64,000 nt of DNA from positions 4,097,838 to 4,161,837 of the forward strand of contig CAJINV010000002.1 in the NCBI GenBank assembly GCA_905178155.1. Reading direction: 5' to 3'. A model generated the notes under the pieces. It worked only from the letters and a program-made list of their open reading frames with translations. It was not told the origin of the DNA and searched no databases. Both the position numbers and the translations under genes were made by a program. How positions within the stretch are numbered: the stretch's first letter is position 1; each line of letters begins with the position of its first letter. Below are positions 1 to 11,376 of this stretch, in pieces. Source of the DNA: Amoebophrya sp. A120. Taxonomy: Eukaryota > Protista > Dinoflagellata.

Positions 1-181
1 TGCGGTTTGGTGATGGGATTACTCTTTATTGCAGGAGGCGTTAAAGCGTAGTCGTTCGTTGCAATCTTGTAAAAGTAGTTGTTGCGCCAACGTCGTCAAT
101 TTACCTCGGGGGCAACAACAAATATTCATTTTTCTCCTGTTACAATTCGAGGAAGCAGAGCCCGAAGACAGGAAGACCAAG

Positions 182-2940
182 ATGTTTCTGTTGCGTGGAC
201 CACCGCTTGCAGCACTACATGCAAAGAAGAAGAACCACCACCGCCTTAGGCTGGTCGTCGTGATGTCCTTGTTTTATTTCTCTATCGTTCACAATTTTAT
301 CGCATTTTTTTCAATTTTTCCTTCAAGATGGCAGAAGTTCTTGTTGGTACAGCAGCACGACGAGGCACAACGAGACAACAACAGCACGACAAAATTCTTA
401 AGAGCTCACATTGCTCTTCTCTCTGCTTCGCCTTATTTCGTCCAAGCGACGCGGATGCTTCCGGGTCGCGGCCGCAGAATGCCTGGCGGCGCTTCCAGTC
501 GCTACGCGGTCCTTATCGAAGACGGGAATAAACATCGAGACACCAAACAAAATACGGCCGAAAATTTTTCGCCACACCACAAGGGAGCGGCAGGAGGTGT
601 TGGCGCGGGGAGTTCTGTGATTGCAAAGCAGCAAGACAAAACACTGAGCGGCGCGGCGTCCTCGTCGGTTCAACATCAAGGGGGAAACAAGGAAGTGCAA
701 GATCTTGCTGCCCCCGCTACTTCTACATCGGGATCATCGGCAGCTACAGACCAGCATTCTGCTGAGCGTCGGTGGAGTAGTTCTGCGACATCAACATACA
801 TACCCTCGGGCATGGCGGTAATGAGCCGCAACAGGCTCCGCCTGGATCTCGCAAGCCTGCGGTCCTCTTCTTCAGACCCCGTGCAGCAGACCGCCCCGGG
901 GATGACTGCTAGAGCGGATAGTATTCAGCCGAGCGGGACAACAGGGACTTCAAGTAGCAGGTTGTTGTCAGCAGCACCTCCGAACAACGACAAAACGGCT
1001 AGAACGCACCTCCAGGAACCTCCCCCGGTTTCACCAGGCCGCTCTACTCGGTCTTTCACGACGGGTGGCAGCACGAGAACGCCGGGGGGAAGTTCATTTG
1101 CTACTTCTTCAACCAGAGCATCTTCCCCCGGCGGTTTAACTTGCGTCATGTCGAGTCGAACACCACGGCAGGACCTTCGAACTCCGCTCTCAACTACCCG
1201 AAGCAAGATGAGATCAGATCATGTTCAGCAACTAGTAGAGCAGACCGCAATTGTTATCCCATCTCCCCCGCCAGCGCCACGACCATTACCGCTGACAGCA
1301 AGTCTCCGTCCCCCGGTCGGCACGCCTCCAGCGACTCAGGGGCTAGCGTCTTCGTTTCGCGGTACAACTACTGGGAAGATCGTGAACAACGATGAGAGCG
1401 AAATCGCCTACAGCTGCAAAGCACGCGCTGATGTTCCAGCACAACAAGGTCCACGGAGTGTACAACTACGTGACGTCGTTGGTGAAAGAACCATTGCCAG
1501 TGTGGGAAATATGGGGGCAAGTTCATCTTCTAGTACTAGCACTTCTGGTCCTGGCGCGTCATCTATGTCCGGAATTACCCCTACAGCTGAATGTGGACCA
1601 CGAACTCTTGAACCTGGTCAACAACAGAACAACACGCACATTATTCCTGCTCCCCGCACCAGCTCTTTCATGCCGACTTTCACACAACTCGACGACCTGC
1701 TCAACGAAAGAGCGCACAGTGCAGGTAGCTCATCGTCCTCTGCGAGTGGGGGTATTGGTTCATCATCTTGCGGCGCAACTACTCCCGGTCAGCTGCTGCA
1801 CGACCCGGAGCTGCAGGACTACAACCAGCAGGTGGCTCCTGTGTACCGTACTGAGGGGAAGGACGAATGGCCACGAGACGATCTTCCGGTAGAAAATCCT
1901 CCTGCTCGGGTAGTAAACAAGAACTCGACGCTTTTCGCCTCGCGGTTAAAGCCCTCGGACCGAATTCAGCTGGAGCAAAGCGCGCTGGCGGAATTATCCA
2001 ATAGATGGAAAATCAGAAAATTTGAAATCTTGTTCACACCATCAAAGTAGAACACCGACTGGCTCTAGTACTTTGACGCTCTAGTACTTTGACGCAGGTT
2101 GGGATGATATTAAGAGGTTTGTCGTGGCAGGAGATTGAAAATAAATTAATCGCTAGTGGTGCAGGCTACTGGCTGGGAAGATACGTGGTGCGAATGAGAT
2201 GGGTAGTATGTTGTTTTTCCTTTTCATAAGCTCGACTGCGATCGGAGTTTCTCACCCCTCGTGAACGAACTGAATTGGAGGAAAAGACGGCTTATCAAAT
2301 GCAAAAGTGTCTGGGTCTGGAAGAATGCAACTTGTCATGCTGTCTTTGGATTCCAAAAAAATCTGTATTGCGTGACCAGCAACATGAGTCCAGTGCGTGT
2401 TATGCGGAGAGGGAATTTCTCATGCGGAATAGGCACTAGGGAGCCCTCTAAAAATCTGTGATGCTAGGTCATGCATTACATGCGTCATGGATCATACAAA
2501 ATATGCATCACAAATCCCGAAATCTTCCCGACCCAGACATTTTTGCATTTGATACGGCTGCGTTGCATTTACAGTTCCTGGACAGCCTCGACGATTTCAT
2601 TTCGTCACGGGACAAGCAAAATGACCATACAACCACTACTACTGCAACTTCTACCGGTACAAGTACGAGAGCGACCAATGGCAGTAGTAAAGATCATGCA
2701 GAGCAGCAGGTGGAGATGAATGAAACCTCCGGTGGGCCGTCTGGGCGAACAAGCACAACAGGAGCAGCTGGATCATCGTCAACATTTTTGTCCACGACTT
2801 ACAGCAACAATTTTTCGACGATGAAACCCGATGCGCGACCGTTTCCGACCGCGTACAGCCGCCTGTCGCACATGATGGAAGATGTTTTGGCCAGTGACTC
2901 GCCCAGCCCGATGATGGGAAGTATTACCGGGTTGTATTAA
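182..2940 (+). CDS. Hypothetical Ser/Thr/Gly-rich low-complexity protein (spliced)
   Basis: Long ORF 29-2050, two probable short GT-AG introns, then an introner at 2293-2554; frame continues to the stop at 2940. Start codon uncertain. Confidence 0.6.
2293..2554. mobile_element. Introner, family A
   Basis: TIR TATCAAATGCAAAA.TGTCTGGGTC / GACCCAGACATTTTTGCATTTGATA; TSD CGGCT. Confidence 0.9.
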
Positions 2941-3077
2941 TTGAATGGATAGATTTGGTCGGGAGTTGTGCTCTTGCGAACGGGAAGGCTTTTTTTTGTC
3001 GGAATCGGAGGTGGTGTTGCAGAGTCAGTACGTGTAAATCGAGTAGTAACGGTGTGGAAGTGGAGGAAGAAGGGGTT

Positions 3078-3103
3078 TGTGTGTGTGTGTGTGTTTGTGT
3101 GTG
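3078..3103. repeat. (TG)n microsatellite
   Basis: Interrupted tgtgtg run downstream of gene 1. Confidence 0.8.
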
Positions 3104-4994
3104 GGAATTTCGGCCCAACGAGTATGATCTTTCTGTACAGGGAGATGAAATTGTTCTACCACAGCATCAAATTCAAATCTATTTTTTTATTTGCGTATCT
3201 CTAGTACCCGTACCTGCTGCTGGTGTTGCTAGCTGTTATTGGAGACAGAAGCCAAACTTTATTCTGACTGCCATTACAATTTTGCAATTCCAATATGCTT
3301 CCACTTGTAGTCTGCGAAACTCAACAACGACCAAAGTTTTAGGGATTGTGGCCTTTCCGGACAAGTTGTTTGTCCCCCTCCCGTGCTGCGAGACTTATTC
3401 GGTGTTATATAGATCTGCGCAGTTGTGGGCGGCATGTCGAGCATTCCGATTCCCTTTCGGGTTCGTGTATGGCGATGAACGTTGAAAAAGCAGCAGGCGA
3501 GCCCCCGACGGACGACCCGCGTGGCGCGTGGCTCCAGTGGGGAGCTTGGCAGGCCGGTGCCCCGGCCCGGATGGGAGGCGGCGAGGCGCGGCGCCAGGGC
3601 TCTAGAACGGAGAAGGTGGCGCAGTCGGGGCGGGAGACCTCTACGAAGGTACGACGGAGACGCGGCAAAGCAGTCCCTTTGACAATTCGGACGCGCGCGA
3701 CCCCCTGTTGCAGCCCCTCGGCGGTGATGGACTGCGTCAGGGCCGCTCTTATGGCGTCTGCAGCGTGTTGGGGCCACTGGTCATGATACTGGTTTGGACT
3801 CACAAAAACCGCCGCTGGGGGCGACGGGGCTACCGAGGAAAACGAGGAGAAGCGGACAAGCGTCGGGCCTGCGCTCCTTCTCGGGGCGCAAAACATGAGC
3901 CCGCCAAACTCATTGCGAACGACTCCGGCGACCCGCCCCCTGTTTTTAGTGCGCGCGCCGCGCTAAACTTCTGCCGGCAGCCGCTGTCGCTACTCCGGGG
4001 CGAGGCGCGCCAACCGCCCCCGGCCCCCGCCCCAGTGCGCAGGCGCGCGGCGCACCGAGGGGCCCGCCCGCCCCTCCCCCCTCTGGGCATTTTGTTCGTG
4101 GGGGCGGCCGCCTTGGCCCGCGCTCCTTCCCGCGCGCAGGCATGCGCGGCGCGCGCGCCGGGGCGCCGGCGTGTTGTTGGTTTGCTATTTCCCGGGCGGT
4201 AGCTCCTGTCCGCAAGTGGGGCGCCCGGCGGCCCTTTCTGCACCGTGCACGCCGCGAACGAATGGCGCCAGTCTGGCGGCCGCCCGCTCTCCCCCGTCCG
4301 TTGTTGCGCGGGGGCCGCGCAGGCAGTCGGCGGGCGCGTTGCCCGTTCGTTGAGCCGTGTGCCTATGTATGTCAGTCTGTGTTGATTAATCTACAGACCC
4401 CCTCGCGGCCGCAGGCGCTCCCTCGAGGTCGGGGTCCGTGGTTATGCGCATGTCCTCTTGCCGGTGCAAGGTCTGGCCCGTCCTTTCTATATTTTTGGCG
4501 ACCTTGTGGCCTGGTTTTGTCGCTCCCATTAGCTTGTATATGCGCTGGCTCGCTTGAGAAAACGTGCCGGCGCACTGCAGCTTCTGTCGGTGTGTGTTTG
4601 ATGTTCCTACCGGCGTCGGAGACTGCGTATCTGTTCTGTGGGTCCGTATAGTTGCATGGGTCTTCTAGCATTGTGTAGTCTGGCCAGCGCCGCAAGGCAC
4701 ACGTTCGTACAACTACATAGTATTTGAATGCTTGTCGCTGCTATTCCTCAATGCTTTTTTTTCGCTCTCGGGCAGGAAGTAATGATTTCGGACGCATGCC
4801 GAATTCAAAGCGAAAGGGCCTCTGCGCATCTTCCCGCAGAGATGACGTTGCTGGATTCGTCGTGCCTCAGTACTTGACACGAGATTTTTGAATGCCCAGT
4901 CCCAGTTTCCAGTTGAGAGAGTGTTTACACAAAGGAGATAAACGCGACTCTCCTGCGGCGCGCTTCTAGCGCCGTTCTTCAACTTTTTTCGCAC

Positions 4995-7900
4995 ATGAAG
5001 ATGTTGCAGCGTACTTATCTGCTTCTTTTCGCATTGCTCTCGTCGTCCTTGGCCTCCATCGCCTCGGCAGTATCGTTGCAGAGATCCTCGTCTTTCCCAA
5101 GCGCAACTAGCACCAACCCCCAAAGAGCAGGTCAAACACCCAACACGAACGTACCAGACCCACCGCGAGGACTACAATTTCAGTCTCAACAGCCCCGTTT
5201 TGCAGCAGGAAGCGCAGCAGGAGGAACTGCCGCAGGAACTGGTGTGCAGTCGTCTGTAGGAGCACAGGTTCCCCCCGGCCATCATCTACAACTACACCAT
5301 GTAGGCCATAGTCAACACCAACATATTGATGAAAAGAACCACAACCTGAAGCACAGCAAAACTCCAACTCCGCCAACTGTTCCTCCAACTTCCTATTTCA
5401 ACGCGTTTTCTTGTACTTCCGAGGACCTGATCCAACCCGCATCCTCCCTGCTCTGCAGCTTATGACAGTGCACACCTCCCCCTCCGCCTCATTTGTATAG
5501 CATGCATGGCCGGCAATACAAGCATCAGCCTGAGTGCCGGTTTTGCATGACAGATTTACATTTACACTAAAGCGTATTGCTATTTGGGCTACCAGAACTT
5601 GTCATGCAAACAGTGCTAAAAGGCACAGTCTGGATTTGTGGTTTTGCATGACAAAGGAGGGATAAAGGGAGTGGTGCACCCTCATACAGCTCGCACCACA
5701 GCTACAACCACCGGCAGGTGTCCAAAGCCTCCGCTTGCTCCACGGCGGCATCCTCGACTGGGTGTAGTGTTCCAGCCACAGTCGCAGCCGAAGTGCGCAA
5801 TGCCAAGCGGACTAACAACCAGCACCCCGTTCTCGGCAGCGCGGGAAATCACGTTTTGTCGACAGCAGGGTCGGCGTCATCTCCTGGAGATGTTGTAGTT
5901 CACACGATGACAACTGCAACTGGTGCTTACGGAAAGAAAATGAACAATGACGTTGGGCCGCATGATTTTCGTGACGTGTCTGCAGGTGGAATAATTGGAA
6001 GTTGTGGCAGTACGTCAGCTAATGGAGGCGGTGGATCAACATCTTCCTCCGCAACTACTCCCTCCACTACTGACCAACATCCCGCCACGACAGCAGCGGC
6101 AGCCGCTGCGAAGCGGTTCGTCAACAGTATCGATGCGGCCCATGCGAGCTCTTTTCAACAGCAGCAGGGTAGAGGCGTTGGCTCCTCTAGTTCTTCTGCC
6201 AACTATTTGCGGGAGCTGGCGAGCATTGGGAGTGGGTCGCACCATCTGCAGAGGGATTTTGAGACGAAAAGCCGGCAGAAGCGGGAGGGCGGGCTTGGTG
6301 GAGATCATTTCAGGCACCCGTTAGACGTGGATCATCATGATGCCGGGCCCTCGCATAGTGTCGGAAAGAATTATAGTCGAAGCAGTAGCAGACATCACCC
6401 GACTTCGGGCCTGTTTCGGCAAGATCCCCACCAGGAATTGCAGCAGACACAGAAAACTACAAGCTCGACGTCCTGGAGTAGAGCAAATAATGTTGCCCAT
6501 GTGTCTTTCTTGAGCAGCAATGAGAATCACCACGATCGGTACCGGGACCAGAAAGTTTCCAGATCCCCAAAAGTTCTAGGTTTGTGTTGCAAAATCCCCA
6601 TTTAGACTCTGGGGTTGGGACGTTTTTACACGGGATACCCGGATGGAGAAGATCATAAAGTCGGACTTCGTGGTGGAGCGGCCGGAAATGTTTCGCGACC
6701 TGCACCACTATCCTGTGTAAAAGTATCGTACTCGTATTGCAATCATGCACTACAAATCCTTTTGTTAAGGTAAATCCGCATTACAGATTTTATTTCTCAT
6801 GGATGCTGAGGGAATTTGTCATGCATTTCTACGAGTGCGATACTTTTGCAGTTCATAGCCACCTGTTTAAGTTGATACTGCACGAGTTCCTGAAATGCTA
6901 CAAGGACAACAAACTCGCGATCACCGAACTGCTGCTGAACCTGACCACGGGCCGCGACGAGCTCACGGGGAGCTACGAAAACTGGGACGGGATTTATGAA
7001 TGTGCACAACTCCCCCTCCCCCTCATTTGTCATGCAAAACCCCAAATCCAAGTGCGTCCCTGCGGCACTATTTGCATCACAGATTCCGGAAGCCCAAACA
7101 GTACTACACTAGGCGCATGAGTTTGTCATGCATAGGCTCCACGTGTGGTGGTGTTTGTATTGCTGTTCATGCCAAGGCTGATTGCAGGGCATAGCATCAC
7201 AGGTTCTGCAGCCCCTCGGTGATGCATATTCTGCATGAGAAATGACCTCTCAGCATGGCCAGAAATGGGGAGCTTTTGCAAGTCACGCAACACAGATTTT
7301 TGTATGATCCGCAATACGCATCACAAGTTCGCATCCTTCCAGACCTCCAGGGATTTTTGCAATTGATTGGACATGGTGATCAACAAAAAGACGTACGACG
7401 AAATGAAGGCCGATATCCTGAGTAAAAACGTCCCCACCGCATAGTCACGTTGGTAAATCTGCAACACAAATCTCCAAGGTTTGGGAGTTGTGCATGACAA
7501 GTTTCCATCTCCAGTGTAGTGCTGGTTAGCAAGGGAAGCGGCATGAGAAAGCCACTTTCTCATCCTGTTTACAGCATTTCAGATTCCAAAACACGATTGG
7601 AAATGCCTCTCGTAGAGCTGCGCATTACAAATGTTGCTGTAATCGCAAATCTGCATGGCAACTCTGGGGTGACCGGAGAATCACCATGATCGGAACCGGG
7701 ACCAGAAAGTTTACAAGCAAATGGCCGGATGAGGGTGGCGCAAAGCAAATTGAATTGCTCTAGAAACTACCACGGACGTACACAAACAGAAACGACCAGG
7801 GTCAAACTCACACAGCTTGCACACTAACACTGGGACACAGCTTTTCGCCGCAGTGGTTGAACTTTTCGTCGCTGGAAAATATTGAAACTCGTCGCTGATA

Positions 7901-10900
7901 TTGAAGCGTTTGAACTTTTCGACGCTGGCAAATATTGAAGGACCACCATAACGCGGCGGCCTCGCACCCGCGTGCTTTTGTTCCTCTGCTGTGCTGGTTT
8001 TCGTGGAACAAACGAACGGTCTGTCTTCCGGTTTTTTGTTCTTCTGCTCGGTTACGGCGCAGCACTAGACTGCACAAGCAGCGCAAGGTGCTTGAAAGCA
8101 GTAGCTCCATTCGATCAAGCACCTCGTGCATGAACGCAGTAGCTCCATTCGCTCTGCTTCTACTAGACTTCTGGCGTTCATTACTCTCCTAGAGTTCGAG
8201 TGTATATCCTTTTGGCGATCAGCCAGCACAAGGTGTAGTGCTATTTGAGCTACCTCCGCAGCATCACAGAGCTAGTTCATCAGGCTGATGGTCAACAGCA
8301 CGGCTGGACTTCCAGCTTCTCGCAGAGCCTGGCCTGCCAGCTTCTCGCAACCCGGGAAGCTGGGCTGCCAGCTGCTCGGAGCAAGAGGGCTGACGTTCCG
8401 GCTGCCAGAATCTAGAAGCTAGACTTCTTCTAGAGCCTAGAAATCTAGACGTCTAGAACCTAGAAATCAAAGAACAACGAAATCAGTAAGAAAAATAAAG
8501 AAAAAAAGAAAGATCTTACAAAATCTAGAAAATTCTGAGAAATCTAGAAAATCCCAGAACATCTATGAAGAAGTTAGAAAATGATCGAAAACCTCTATCA
8601 ATAGAGGTTCTTATAGAAGTTCTCAACTATTTTAGTTTAAGTGACCGGAGAATCACCATGATCGGTACCGGGACCAGAAAGTTTCCAGATCAAATGCAAA
8701 TGTGTCTGGGTCCGGAAGAATGCAAGACTTGTCATGCAGGTTTTCCATGACCCATGAGGTCTAGTATGTAGGACATAGCATGACAGAGTCTGTGAGCGTT
8801 CTATCATGCCTATCCTGCATGAGAAACTGCCTCTCGATTAGGTCAAAAGTGGACAGCTTTTGATAATCATGCAACACAGAGTTTTACATGATTCAGATTT
8901 AGCATGACAAGTTGCTTTGTTCCAGACCCAGACACTTTTGCATTTGATAGTAGCACCGCAGGTGATCCAGGGGCTCGTGGACATTGACACGCAGCGCTAT
9001 TTATGAACCGCAAATATCCCTGGATGTCTGGACACGAAACTTGTGATGCTGAGTGGCGTATCAGGAGGAGGCCACAAGTGCCGGCTGAGCATGACGAGTT
9101 TCTGAGCTTCTAGGTGTTGCCTAGTATTCTGCGTGACAAATTGCGTTTCTGCGTGACAGAAGAATGGAGCAGCTCTTGGGTAACGCGCGTGACAGTGGCC
9201 ACATAGATTATGCTTCTCTTCTAGTCGTAGTTCGTTCTCCCCTCTTTTTCATCTGAAAATTTGAAGTTTCTCTGTGCTTTAATTTGGTCTTTCCAGTACA
9301 TAAACACAAGCATGACAAACTTGCATTTTTCCAAACACCAGACATATTTGCAATGCATACTGATTGGTCGACCAGCTGCAGAAGGAGGGGAAGGAGGTAA
9401 CCAACTGTTTGTGTATATTACAAGAAAAAGATATAAAACGCAGTACGTGCGTGTCTTCGTAGTAGAATCACCACGATCGGAACCGGGACCAGAAAGTTTC
9501 CAGAGTCCCTAATATTTCCGGCCGAACCTGCTCGCCCCACTCAAATCAGTTCTGCTCGTCTTGGGCTGAAACAGCGACTGGGGGAACTACGGCAACTCCA
9601 CCGAGAACCAGAAGCAGAACCTCTTCCTCCCAAGGTGAAAATGCGGAAAGCGCAGCCACTGGAAACAAGCGAGGAGTAAAAAATCGAAACCGCGAGCAAG
9701 GTGGTGCGAGGAGAGAAGAATTGGAGGCGTTGAGATCGCAGCTGATGGCCGAAGATTTCATTTCCGGCCGGAGCTTCAACGCGGCGCAGGTCGGGATGCA
9801 AAATTCCTTCTACGGCACGACGAGTCACAACTTCATGTCGACTTTATCCTCCTTGGATGTCGAGCCGGGGTCCCCGAAATTTCCCTCTAGCAACCGGCAT
9901 CGGAAAAACCAAGACGACTTTGCGAACACCAGTAAGATTGTAAACAGTCGCGCGGACAACACAAACGCTAGTAGGTACGTTCCCGCGGGTGGGAAAACGT
10001 CAGTCACAAACCGGCGACGGAACATGTACTTGCCTGGAAATCACGAACATGATGGTGAGTCAACTACTTCTCCAAATGAAACAAAGGATTTTATCCTGAG
10101 TAAAAACGCACCCACACCAGAGTCAGGATGGGGATTTTGCAACACAAACCTAGGAGTTTTGTGAGTCACGCTCGACAAGCTGCACTCTGCAGTCTAGTGC
10201 AGGTTAGCAAGTGCAGCCGCGTCACAGATTCATCTGCTCATCCTGTTCACAGCATCACAAATTCCAAAACACGACTGGAAATGGCTCTCATGGGGGATGC
10301 GCATTACAAGTCTTCCTGTCTTTGCAAATCTGCATTACAGCTCTGGTGTGGGTACGTTTTTACTCAGGATAGATTTGGGTATGAGTTCCACCGTGCAGCT
10401 GAGTTACGACGAAATCGTTCGGGGCGGACATCAACTGAAACCCTTGGAGCCGATTACAGTAACCGCGAAGAGGTTTGCAAGGGCGAGTCGGTATCGGGAT
10501 CATGATGCTAGTGGAATAAACGAGGAAGGACAAGAAGGAAATCAAACAGGAGCAGGACGAGTTGCGGCCGCGCAACACACTGCAGACGAGGCAGCAGGGG
10601 GTCGTGTAGTATCTGGGCCTTCTAGAAGTCAGCATCACCACCAGACACATCAGCATCCACGAAGTCTTGGTGCTTCGTCTTCCTCCAACTACCAACAAAT
10701 TGCGGCCCAGCACGCGCACCAGGCTTTGGAAAACGCGATGGACCTAGATAAGGACGAGATTTTCCTCCTCCACGACCTAGAAAATTTACATATGACCGAC
10801 ACCAACGCAGACGCGCACCCGAGCGACTCCATTTTTCTGAGTAGTCGTGGCGCAGGAGCGCCAGCGCCGGCGGGAGCGATTACAACAACCTGTGCGCCGG

Positions 10901-11376
10901 ATGAAGGGGTTAGTTGTACCACGCGGGATCATCATCATCATCATCATCTGCGAGAACCTCCAAGGTTGTCTGTAGACACGAGTAATGGTGCCGCCGCGAC
11001 ATCGAGTTTGGGATTGGGAACAAACATTGGGACGTGTAGCAGCTTGTCTTCCTCTTGCGGAGCGGGCGGTCTTTCTATACCAGATGCCTTAGACCAGTTG
11101 AAGTTCAACACCCTGGTGACTACATCAAGTGGCCACGGGAGCGGTGCTGGAGCAGGTGGAACGATGAACAAGCGGGGTTCATTGAATCCTTACACCGGGG
11201 TGTTGAACGACAAGTATGTCGACGCACGAAAACTGCAGCCGCTGGAGATAGGTGAAAAAGCTGCGGCGAAGAATCCGCAAGATGTTGATGAAGAACCCAT
11301 GATGAGTCAGCGAACTGAGGCAAGCAGTATTCAATTGTTGAACAGTCCGAGGGATCTCTTGAAAAACCTTTTGTGA
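4995..11376 (+). CDS. Hypothetical low-complexity protein with predicted signal peptide, interrupted by introners and a 3-kb repeat-cargo array
   Basis: N-terminus MKMLQRTYLLLFALLSSSLASIASA. ORFs 4995, 5718, 9721 and 10297 join when the introners and the 6564-9504 array are removed. Confidence 0.65.
5461..5686. mobile_element. Introner, family B
   Basis: TATGACAGTGCACACCTCCC...GGGAGTGGTGCACCCTCATA; TSD CAGCT. Confidence 0.9.
6638..7413 (+). pseudogene. Captured gene fragment, Timeless/Tof1-like, with its own introners
   Basis: Exons give MEKIIKSDFVVERPEMFRDLHHLFKLILHEFLKCYKDNKLAITELLLNLT, resembling the Timeless (Y/F)(K/R)(E/D)L..K.IL..F.....N..A..ELL segment. Bounded by truncated family C elements. 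Confidence 0.5.
6709..6857. mobile_element. Introner, family D (inside captured fragment)
   Basis: TATCCTGTGTAAAAGTATCG...CGATACTTTTGCAGTTCATA; TSD ACCAC/GCCAC. Confidence 0.85.
8689..8949. mobile_element. Introner, family A (inside cargo 3, left end clipped)
   Basis: ATCAAATGCAAATGTGTCTGGGTC...GACCCAGACACTTTTGCATTTGATA. Confidence 0.8.
10092..10371. mobile_element. Introner, family C
   Basis: TATCCTGAGTAAAAACG...CGTTTTTACTCAGGATA; TSD GATTT; removal restores KDLGMSS. Confidence 0.92.

Larger units (their letters stand above)
6522..9504. repeat. Repeat-cargo array 1: four ~42-bp direct repeats separating three unrelated inserts
   Basis: GAGAATCACCAYGATCGGWACCGGGACCAGAAAGTTT(CCAGA) at 6522-6563, 7669-7712, 8641-8689, 9464-9504; inserts of ~1105, ~928 and ~774 bp. 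Confidence 0.9.

Noticed and set aside
2261-2719. Recurrent peptides such as LPDPDIFAFD, KMSGSGR and CKSVWVWK as a protein repeat family
   Set aside because: They are translations of introner TIRs, not protein domains.
3274-4695. Overlapping Arg/Gly/Pro/Ala-rich ORFs (also at 11843-13594, 18030-19353, 58112-59014)
   Set aside because: Stop-codon scarcity in GC-rich DNA; all frames are open and no motifs are recognisable.
7669-8750. RNA polymerase largest-subunit C-terminal motif (ITMIGTGTRKF)
   Set aside because: It is an alternative frame of the array 1 repeat, with no other polymerase motifs nearby.
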